Shown here: in pieces, positions 27,801 to 37,526 of the stretch
Layout of the letters: each line of letters starts with the position of its first letter
Numbering within the stretch: the stretch's first letter is position 1
From: Lingula anatina
Lineage: Eukaryota > Animalia > Brachiopoda
Reading direction: 5' to 3'
Assembly: GCA_051362555.1 (NCBI GenBank)
Contig: CM120642.1
Coordinates: 5,766,001-5,830,000, forward strand
DNA: 64,000 nt
Program-made: the position numbers and the translations under genes
The notes under the pieces: model-generated
The model's input: the letters and a program-made list of their open reading frames with translations, nothing else
The model's database searches: none
What the model was told of the DNA's origin: nothing

Positions 27801-30800
27801 TCTAACGGAAACGGCAGAGGTTTTCTGAGCGTCGTTTCAAGTAACTGCTGAAACTCAGAGTTGACAGAAGGGGTTTGTTGTGGCCTACTTTAGTAAGTTT
27901 TAACTTACGGTTTGTATCTTGCAGTACGCCCACAGACTGAGGCAGGACTCCGAGCATAATGCGATCACTTGTTTCAGAGGTGGCAGCCTTGTGGGGTTCA
28001 TTTAGTCTTGCCGAGACCAAATTTAATTTGAACAATTTAAATTGAACAAACAAAGCAGAGACAGATGTCAGTTTTTTATATAAATAGCAATACACAAGAG
28101 TTTTATAGAATGATCCATATTTCATTGACATTAGACAAACAAAACTACTTGTAGATGTAACTACGATATACCCTGAAACGTAAACGGTACCGCGAAGTCG
28201 GGGAAGTGAATTACTGTAAGCCACAGCAGTGTAACTTGGGGGAGCATACAGTCGCTAGTGCAGCAATGAAATTCTACCAAACTGCAACGGAAACCAGAAA
28301 TTCTAACGTTCTGAGTAAATTTATACATAGTCAACAGCTAGCTTTAGCGTGCTGAGGTCGCTGTTGAAAGGGACGCGGTGTCGCCCCTAAGAATGGGGCA
28401 CGTCTCCTAACATGCCGTGCACATCTTTTATTACCTAGTATCTCCATGTTGTGAAGTTAGATAACATTGGAAGATGATAATTTATAGATTAATAGGTGAT
28501 ATTTTAACAAAATATATAAAGTTAAGATTTGGGGGTAAATAGTATTGGACTGGAGGAAGAACTTAGTGTAAATAAAGCTGGTTGAAAATCCACGACTTTT
28601 GTTGTTTGATTCTTCTCTATTGGCAAACCGAATATTGAATCTTGACCAGGACAGGTAATTAGATTGGTGTTTTTTTGTCATTCCTACTTTTATTTGTGTG
28701 ACATTTTTAAATACAAGTAGTGTGTTTTTATGATTATTGTTCTTTACTCGGTGTTATCAATTTTGCAAAATCGAAGAATTGATAGAAACTGTGGAAAATC
28801 AATGATTTGTGATCTGAGATGTAAGGCACTTTTCCGCCACAGTTGTCTTTAATTTTTTAATCAAATTATGCTTCTTGTTGGGCATACTGATTAAAAGTAA
28901 CCAGGCAAAGAACAAAAACTCATAAAAACACAAATAGTATTTAAAAAGTTGCAAAAATGAAAGTGGAAATGACCAAAAACTGCAGTCCAATTACATCACT
29001 CCTGGTGAAGGTTCAATATTCAGTTTATAAGAGTAGAATAAATCTGAGCATATTTCTGTAAGGTTATTACATGTATCATGAAACTTAGTAATGCCATACT
29101 GCAATAATGTTGATGTACAAGTGAAATGCTGCCTATGCAATATCAATTTTTTCACGTAAATTTAAGGTTAGTGTTTTCTTCAGATATCTTGTATTAACAT
29201 TTAGCCTGTATGACAAATTTTGATTAAAGGTCAAGCTTCTTTTTAATAACATGATCAAATTGAAACCCATCTTTCATTGAATCATAAGACCACTGAAGTT
29301 TTCTTGTAATTAATGACTGAATATTAAGCATGATGTGTTTTAGAAATGAATTTCTGATGAATAAATTTTTCTTCCAGACTCTGATTATGTTTGTGACCTG
29401 AGTTACGACACTAGGTTCACCATCAGTGATTCCAACAGTTTTATGAAGGGATCATGGCCATTTTACAACAACTTTGTGTTTGATGGCTTTAGAGGTATAA
29501 GAACAAGGGTGAAGTAGACATACTATTTTATTAATTTTATTTAATATAAAAATAAAGGATATAAAAAGTTGAATTTGTTTCAGCATGCAACTGTAATTTT
29601 GAATATTAAATTTTTTTTAATATTTTAATGACAAAACAAGATGCAGAAATGGCCTTTGCATTATTTATTTATTATGCTTTGCTAGAATGTTAAAAAACAA
29701 ACAAACAAACAAAAACTGGATTTTAAGCTGTTTAAATAAAACTATCCATATACACTGCATTCACATAACATAAACTAAAACTAAGTGTCCTTTTTTTTCA
29801 AGGCGATTACCTCCGGGATTCCTTTTCCCACATTCTGGGTCATTATGTCATGTGGTCTACCATCACTTCTTCCACAAAGACCCTGGCTGAGTGCATGGAT
29901 TTGTGCTACGCAGACACCCAGTGTAAAGCCATAGACTACAGCCCAGGCAGCAGTAATTGTGTATTGAAAAACCAAAACAGATTCAGTCAGCCAATGAAAT
30001 ACTTTGTTGCTGACTCTTCTTGGGACCATTATGAATTTATTGGGTTCAGAGGTAAGCCAAGGTTATTGAAGTTAATTATATTTTTAAAGTGTATTTAAAG
30101 GGATTTGTTTCTTCTTTTGGAAAGTATGGGTGAAGTTTGTATTTTTTTAAGTTGCTGACCTTTGCATTATATCCTATCTGCTTAGTTTGGTTTGAATTTG
30201 AATAAGATGTCAAAAAATATAGAAGTTACTCTAGTTAAGTTTTTTATTTGATTTATGAAGTGGTATTTTTTGTAGGTAAGGGAAAGAAAAGCCTTTACTG
30301 TTGGAATGATTGTAATACTAAATTAGTTATAAACACCTTCATTATTGATTTTTGCCCCAAAATCATTTACCATGAAAAACACATTTGAGAGAACCGGTGT
30401 CTTCAGCAGTGTTCTGTGCACTATTTGCTTTCACTTTCACTTTCAGCCAACATTGCAAGCTGTGCCTGCAGCAATGGATGCAATTCACTAACTTTTCAAA
30501 ACCAAATTGTTGGTGACTTTGGCAATCGGTGTTATTGTCATGGTAACCAGCGTGCTACTGCCCAGTGTTGTAAGGCACGACACAGGCGCCGGCCACGTAA
30601 GTAAAGTTTTGAAAGAAATTAATTTTGATTATTGAGAGAAATTTGTTTTTACTATTTATTTCAACCTTATAGTATCTGGATAAAAAATATGCTCATCATT
30701 TGAACTAACTGCATAAGATACACCCTTTAGATGATTTTTATGAACCATTATCTTTACAAATGATAAACATTTGGACTGTTTCAAGTCAGGTAATATTTCT

Positions 30801-31368
30801 GGAAATTTTTCTTTAGTTTGCCCAAATTGGAGACATTCATCAAAAAAACTCCTACCCCTAAATTGGATGAACCAGAGTGCATTTGTTTAAGAGTAGTTCT
30901 TTCTATATTTTACATTTAGGGGGATTGAAAAATTGATACAAATTGCAGTTGTTTCTAACATTCTCTTCAGCCTGCCCTCCTGGAACGTATTCTCCAACAG
31001 GTTACCATGGCAATGTCCGATGTACCCAGTGTGCTGCGGGGACATACTCTAGTGATACAGGGAGTACCCAGTGTAAAAAATGTCCACCTGGATATATATC
31101 ATCAGACATAGGACAGACATCATGCACTAAGTGTCCTCATGGTTAGAAAATGCCATTCTCCTTTGTACCTTTTCCACAAAAAGAAAATTACTGCATCTGT
31201 CTCTAAACTGGAGACTCATTTAAAGCTGAAGGGAAATAACTGAGTACATGAAAATGAAATTCAATTATTCTTCTACATAATATGTATATAAATGTGAGTA
31301 ATTATAATTATTATTATTATTGGTCAATACTGATATAAAGCAGCACTGAATTTTTGTTACAAAAAAAG

Positions 31369-31406
<38 letters not shown>

Positions 31407-34400
31407 TAAAAAAAAATGAATGATTTTAGGTGGAGTAACAAATGACCTGGGCGACAAATGCCTGCCTTGTAAAACGGGTTACATGAACAACGTGCTGACA
31501 CAGAAGTACTGCATGCGCCAGGACTGCACGACAGATCCCGTTACAGAGTGCAAGGGTTCCGCATGCAAAGAGGGACGTTCTTCCATGGGGTTAGAATTCA
31601 GGATGCCATTTCCTGAAGGGTCTGGGAATGATATGATACTGAAGCTTGTGTTTAGTGCCGTGGCATTGACGAATGTGACTGTCACAGCTCCAGGGTAGGT
31701 AATCATCAGTTTATTTGTGAAAAAAAATTTAAATGACATATAAAATGACATTATTTTTCAAAGTTTCCCCATTTCCCCTGGTTTCAAATTTGGATGTATT
31801 TGGAAAAGAAAAATGATACTTTGTAATTTTCATGGCCAGTGTTTACTTGTTCTTTTGTGGCACTGTCAGGTTGTATTTGATGATGCAAGTATTTTACTTG
31901 AAATATTTGTAGAAGTAAACATTTACATTAATATAGTGATATACATCTTTTTGTAAACAATTGTAATACCTTCATCTTGAGCCAATGTCAAATTGTTATA
32001 ATTATAGTTGCTGTGATATGTCAATGACAGTACAGGCATCATCAAGTGCCATGGCCAATGTAATGCTGGCATCACTTGGCTTACAGGTGATTGGAAGCAA
32101 CAAGGCCAACAATGCCATCTCCATTGTTGCTACTGAGAAAATATCTGTGCATGGTGAGAATTATATAATTATCATAATATACTGTTTCTAAATTAACCTT
32201 GAGGTGCATTGACACATTCATTTTTCAACTCTTCTGTAAAATAGTTAAGACAGAGCCAGAGGGATAGATTAATTAATATTGCTATTAATTAAAATTTTTG
32301 ATAGATATTGTGTACCATGTGACCCTTCATTACCCAATAAGATTCAGTGTACATTATGAAGTATATAATAAGTATTAGAAAAAGAAAGAGTGGAAGAAAG
32401 AAGGTGGTAACAACTTGTATGTATTCCAGCACAACTCTCAGACAATAATAACAGCACTGGAGAGGATTGGTTTCAAGTGATGCCCATTTCTTCACTTGGG
32501 TATGAATATTTCGCCGTCTGCTGGACTCCTGAAAGTAGTTCTGGAGACTTGACTCAACTAGGTGATTATGGACAAAGTTGATTGACATGTTGATTGATTG
32601 ATTGATAGGTGGATGGATTGATTGACATTTGTTGTATATTTTAACGTCAGCTAGTGAATTACAATAGATTAAAAATAATAAGACTCTTTATTAAGTTTTT
32701 ATTGTTTTTAAATGGATTTAAATTCGGTTTTAGTGATTAAAAAAAATCTATATAATATGAAATCATACCATAAATGAGCTACAAAGTTTTTTTCTTACTT
32801 GATGTGTGTGTATCTTTAGGGCCTAAAAGTTTTGATTTTTTAGATGTAGCATCTGCAGTTGGTGAATACTGCACCAGCACAGACAGATACCTAATCTTTC
32901 TCACCAGAATCATTTTAAAGAATATTTTCGATTTCTATCCTACAGATGTGGTTGCGACTAGAAATGGAACATATGTTGTCGTCACCCTTGGTGCCGGAGT
33001 CACTTATGACGGACAAGAATATGCCAAGGGACAACAAATCCATCTGACCATGGCTGACAATGAGGTTCTACAACTACAGAGTGAGGGTGATTTGACAGGG
33101 ACACGAGTCGTTGCAGACAAACCCATAGCTGTATACAGTGGTAACATTCATTTGACAAGTATTGGATCTAGTAACTTTGAAAATATTACAGCAGAAAATA
33201 AGACAGCATGGACTTTGGTGGAACAGATGATACCAGTGGAAGCTTGGGGGACAGTTTTTGCTATGGTAAGATTTTTCACTCAGGTTTTTTTTCTTTTTTG
33301 TATTTAATACCTTTGTTATTATATATGGGTGGATTTTTTATAACATTTATGCAGGCACCTTTGTACCAAACTACTAACTACTAAACATGTAACAGGTAGC
33401 AAGACGGATCTATTTTAAAGAACTTTAACAAACTCCGAAAGAAAATATTCATTTGAACAGTGTACTTTTAGAACTATGCTCTTTGTTAAAGATAAATGGG
33501 TGCCTCATATTCATCAATGTTATTATACTGCAGTTCTTTTATCTTATAGCCTAAGATGAACAATGTCCAGGTTAAGGTCCTTGCAAGTCTTGACCACACA
33601 GAGTTAACCTTTGCCAATGGAACAATGACCAAAATTAAGAAACGTGGTCAGTCAGTGGTCATTCCTGCCTCAGTGGACAACAGTGGCTTTTACATCACAG
33701 CAAGCAAACCTGTCCTTGTAGTTGCCTATGTGGAAGCTGAGAATGTGTCTTCTCTTGGAATGATTGTTCTGCCACCTGTACAGCAGGGAGGAAGCAATTT
33801 CTTTTTGTAAGTTTTGCTTTTACTTATTTGTTATTTTTATTGCATTTATTTTTAGGATTGATTCTGAATTTTTTTGTGTATAATTCATAAGTCTGTTATT
33901 ATCTTAGCTAAAAAAAATAAAACATTTATGTAAATCTTGAAAGTTTATATTTCCGCTATTGCGTGAACTTAGTAATAATTTCCTTATTTGGTTTCTATTC
34001 TCAGCACAAGCGAATCACCAACCATGATAACCGTAGCAGTTGATGCCTGCCACTTGGACAATGTTCTTGTGAACAACTTTCCCCCAGTAGGTGGTGCTGT
34101 AGTACAGCCATACCCATCAGTCCAAATGACAGACATAACTACCCTCAGTTTTAAATTGCCTGCAGGAGTCCATTCTTTGTCACTTTCAAATGGTAAAGCC
34201 TTTGTGGTCATTGGCCAGTCTCTTGATAGTGCTGCCATCTTCAGTCTGGGAGCTTACTCAAATTTTATTAATAAGGTAATTATTGGTAGGATTGGTCATG
34301 TGTTAAATTAAGGAAAACATATTGTTATAATACATTTTTGTTTCTATATAAATAAGGCTTTTAATTTATTTGTAAATATTTGTATTAATATTTTGATTAA

Positions 34401-34894
34401 CTGTTGATGTGTAAAACCTCATGCAGTACAGTCTGTACATTTTTAACTAAACCTTCCCATTTGGATGATGTTTTAATGTACAGTTTATCCTGCATCCACG
34501 TTTTGTCATTGATCTTTTCCATTCACTGATTCTTCCATTTATTCATTTACTACAGTACATGTATTTCTTGATTCTTTTATTCATACATTTGCTTGTACAT
34601 TTGTATTCTTTTATAATCACCAAGGTGTCAAGAAGGCGATTCTACCAGCCAAAGGCAATTGGAAAAGGTTTTGCACTGAGTGACCCAAGCAAAGTTCATA
34701 AATCGTTGACAGTGAGGCACATGTTGGCCTGCTTAGACAGCTGTATGCAGGACGCCATATGTCATAGTGTGGTGTTTGCAGTGACTGGGACACAGAGTGG
34801 CACTTGTGAACTAACAGCATATCACACAGCTGACCTCCTGGTGGACGACTACATCAGCACAGGAGAACATGAAATATACTCTATTAAACTGTAG
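5113..34894 (+). CDS. Secreted mosaic lectin-like protein, ~2056 aa, 41 coding exons: SP-LamG-LamG-CTL-PAN-CTL[SUEL+Cys-rich]-resistin-like x2-PAN x2-resistin-like[PAN x2]-TNFR/GCC-like Cys repeats-IgGFc-binding-like-PAN
   Basis: Manual GT-AG splicing with matching phases, total 6171 nt: 5113-5197,5758-5817,7956-8054,8585-8665,8828-8897,9836-10035,10248-10442,10790-10870,11780-11849,12201-12382,12891-13066,13697-13943,14471-14594,15212-15348,15705-15864,16292-16395,16618-16751,17547-17706,18157-18330,18853-18948,19372-19446,19889-20038,20408-20482,20782-20934,21259-21374,21709-21850,22329-22455,22681-22811,23468-23530,23841-23996,29378-29494,29803-30051,30447-30596,30971-31141,31430-31694,32008-32153,32430-32561,32946-33265,33550-33806,34005-34275,34625-34894. 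Signal peptide MSLRRAVLLGVITALVILLHLSKTDA; no TM segment seen. Confidence 0.82.
5758..12382 (+). other. Two LamG/concanavalin-A-like domains (exons 2-10 of the mosaic gene)
   Basis: HTVVAWFKT...VNDGKWHMAA...ISLDG...LRLG and FSLSVWVKT...VTDDQWHYLV...IYVDG...FIGTL. The two domains share the same exon-phase pattern. Confidence 0.8.
10888..11222. mobile_element. MITE with TTAA TSD and AGGGATA termini (Kolobok/T2-like), copy A
   Basis: TTAA|AGGGATAACAACT ... AGTTGTTATCCCT|TTAA; homologous, in inverted orientation, to 22925-23261 and 42349-42687. Confidence 0.8.
12765..12822. repeat. (TAA)n microsatellite; other simple repeats: (AG)n 8060-8100, poly-C 8730-8752, (AT)n 10612-10635 and 31370-31404, (GT)n 41035-41063, (GA)n/G-rich 45128-45215
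   Basis: Directly visible simple repeats. Confidence 0.9.
12891..13943 (+). other. C-type lectin domain 1 with EPD/WND motifs
   Basis: CPKDWYPFQGSCYYF...AKLASI...WWIGL...EPD...C...WNDREC...VICE. Confidence 0.88.
17189..17413. mobile_element. PIF/Harbinger-like MITE (TTA TSD)
   Basis: Flanked by TTA on both sides; imperfect TIRs share ATTTAGATCGATC. Confidence 0.5.
21355..21469 (+). repeat. 32-bp tandem repeat (~3.6 copies) spanning an exon/intron donor
   Basis: Unit TGCAACATTGTGAGGATCAGGTAAGGTTCTAT. Confidence 0.9.
22925..23261. mobile_element. Kolobok/T2-like MITE, copy B
   Basis: TTAA|AGGGATAATAACTCTTC ... GAAGAGTTATTATTCCT|TTAA. Confidence 0.85.
26196..27713 (+). CDS. Intronless CoA-dependent acyltransferase (condensation-domain / alcohol O-acetyltransferase / PapA5-like fold), nested gene
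   Basis: 505-aa ORF with LRPLGGTEN, NFPTLRLRV, RFDIKNGPLWKV, catalytic FHHCIIDG (HHxxxDG), CKEHGSTVNG and SSNIG. Acceptor ttttcag at ~26167 lies just upstream of the ATG. Confidence 0.88.
   Translation: MASQSETLRPLGGTENAMCVLHEYGNTTNVFSVWINTKTHVPDGTWERSLILLQKNFPTLRLRVVEQGGKRHFKFMDDPHVDYEVKDLSDPGDWMDFHENLLQLRFDIKNGPLWKVMLLRFPQSSGKNEGGDENEFGFANVLMFVFHHCIIDGKSNIIMLTRLVHILNAIIAGEAVEENDVTTVKPTAEHLIGDENMKFRMKDFIRVGKEIYNFLFPHENLFLKKFPAPQLDEGDTGRTRVVPLELSVSETGNLLAKCKEHGSTVNGIFVAAASIALSRMINEGGTPRPLDFLCGHAVTLRRYISDDMSNTVGCFIGLHRIGFVTPADTSDQLWPLAVQATKRIHDDLDHDSFLQQHRVALSLVSDKNIRKLISTKMCESEFESSNIGNYDLVFPAEDKHVKVTKVVSSTAMQDLHTPFIHYLRKFRGRFLYNLDYSTNWTSDQNANKYANMTVQLMKEASRRSMCTSAGMTADVTVRASSRILCPPLPNLRGFITIGRILRYAR
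31430..34275 (+). other. IgGFc-binding-protein N-terminal-like domain
   Basis: SSMGLEF..., DWFQVMPISSLGYEY, DLTGTRVVADKPIAVYSGN, LVEQMIPVEAWGTVF, ITASKPVLVV, MIVLPPVQQ. Confidence 0.8.
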
Positions 34895-35765
34895 AGACAC
34901 TGTCGGATCTAATATAAGGGATCAAAGGGAGGGAGGGAGGGGATGCTTTTTGTTTTTGGATGGGAGGGGGGTGGGGTGGCGGGGACTTGGGAGCATACAA
35001 ATTTTTTTCCGAGTGAAGCAAAAATCAGCTATGGAAATTGGAAAAGTGGTCACAGCTTTTTATATATTAATAATTTATAACAGTTAATACGATGATTCGA
35101 TGGTGATGAAAATTGCTTTGATGCAGGATTGTATTATGTGACATTTTTTGAAAAGCTATATATGAATGCAGATGCATTGTTTTTTAATGACAATTCACTG
35201 AGCAGCGATGATTAATATGTGCAAGCAAATATATTATATACTAATACATAAGATGTTTTCTATCTAGATTATTTCAAAAGACAATCTATATATTTTGATG
35301 TAAATTTTGCATTAAATAATTGGTGAATAATACTCAAGTCTTTAAGTCTATTTTTAAGAAACTTGAAACTGAATCCTACATTGTCAAGATTTATATCAGA
35401 CGCAAAATTCCAGGATTCCTCACGATTTCTAAAATAATCAATTTTTGGCGGTTCGTGGGATTCGTATTCGGTGTGGAATAGGGGCAGTAGAACAAAATTT
35501 ACGGAAAACGCCAAATGGATTTTTTCCATCGAAATCCTCTCACCAGTAGTAGGAAAAATAACTCCCCGAAACGTAGACGCAAGAAGACTTATTGAGAACC
35601 AACAAATTACACCACTTAAGACAAAGGAACATTTATTTGATCATTGTTATTAACTTTTTCCATCAACGTGTTGGCTTTTCTCGTGACCCGTTATTTTTTA
35701 GGTTTGTTAAAAGGTGATAAGTATACAACTCTAACAGAAAGATCTACATCGGAAAACCCAAAACT

Positions 35766-36433
35766 CACCCTGAGCTTCAGAGCTAACTTGACACTAACCT
35801 CTTCACTGTAGCCTATCTTCATCGTGTCAAGTAACCTCTGACCAGATTCGATTGCCTCCGCCGCCCGCCAATCAAATTTAAAAGCCTGCACTCAATGACT
35901 CATTAAACGATCTAGCCAATGAACGCGAACGAGTCAAAGCGCGCTTTGTTCAAATCCGGACCAATCAAAGATAAGGCTGAATATCAGGGACTTGCCGTAA
36001 CCTGTGGGCAGCACGCAAATAACATCGTCTCTCAGTAGATATGATGCAGGGCCTCAAACTGCTTAGACCCTATGGTTTCAATTCCGATTTACTCATATTT
36101 TGCAAAGAATCAAGAGATAACTTAACACATTCTTTTTCGTAGTCACTCGCCTTGCTTTCTTTGTGTACGGTAATACACTCGGAACTACTCGGATGTCTCC
36201 GCACTCGACAATAACTATGTTGTTAGTATGGAGCTTGCGGAATCAGCCGAGGATTGCCGATTGACGGTCAACCAATCAGCGTTTTCACCAAACTTTGGTG
36301 AAAAATTTTGAAACATGGATTTGATTGGCTTATATAAACTAGGTCAAACTATTTTCGTCAGAGGTTACTTGACACGATGGAGATAGGCTACAGTGAAAAG
36401 GTTAGTGTCAAGTTAGCTCTGAAGCTCAGGGTG
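35766..36433. mobile_element. Non-autonomous TIR element with ~77-bp TIRs and 8-bp TSD (hAT/P-like)
   Basis: CACCCTGAGCTTCAGAGCTAACTTGACACTAACC... and its reverse complement at the right end; TSD CCAAAACT on both sides. Confidence 0.9.
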
Positions 36434-37526
36434 CCAAAACTCGGCTTTTGTTTACAACTGTAAGGTTTTTATACAAAAACATCAAACTACGTAGTAAGAA
36501 AACTGGAGGAACTCCTATACTATACTTATATTGCTAGATCCAATAATTTGTAGATCGAGAAGAAGCGATCACCTTTATTCCCACGGCCTTTATCTTAACT
36601 TTTTAGTCTACCTACCACCAGTCCTTTTTATATCCAAATCTCGTCGTTATTTATAACACCAAAATATCACATATCTACGTTCATCATATCATTTGAATAA
36701 TATTTAGCCTAACGAGATACTAAAAGAGGCGTCTTATGGGGCGTACAATATCCGAAGGGGGGTACCGCGTCCTTATACAATATAAAGATTAATAAAAAAT
36801 CCACCTAAAGCATTTCTCTTGCTTAATTTGCTCTAACAAGCATTTTAGATAATACAAATTGCTTCCAAAGAAAAGCCCATTCAACCTGAATGGAGTGAAT
36901 GTATCATGAATCTCTTATTTGAAAATGGATTTGGAGATATATATAACTGACATTGTGCACTTGGGAACACATTTAAGCTAAGGACCTCTTATCAATTCAA
37001 AAATTTATATGAAAAAGAGAAAAATCTGGATATTGTAATCGATGTTGAGAAAAAAACTCAAGTCGTTTTCGTATTAGCGTGCATTAACTCCACGTTGAAA
37101 CGGGTAGATACCGGTACATAAATACCCCGGTATACCCCCAAACCAAAAAGTGTTTATTCAACGTGTTCCAAACGTGTGAACCAAACTACCAAGGATTGTA
37201 ATGTAGAACGTTTATAAAATTTTAATGTAAGTAATCGTATTGAAATTGTGACTTGTCATTTTTACACCCCCTACCTCTAAAAATCATCACATTACCAAAT
37301 GCCATATTGTATCAAATGTAATTGTTGAATTATTATGTCCACCATTGAGAAACGTGCATTTTAAGACAGATGTTAGAAAGAACTTGCCATTGTTACAGGT
37401 AGCAGTAATTTCCAGAGTACGGTATTTTGTGGACTATTTTTTATCACGTATGTGAACGTCTGGCACATAATTCACACTTCCCACCGCTGAGTGGGAAACC
37501 CCCATTACTGTGGAGATAGTAGACTT

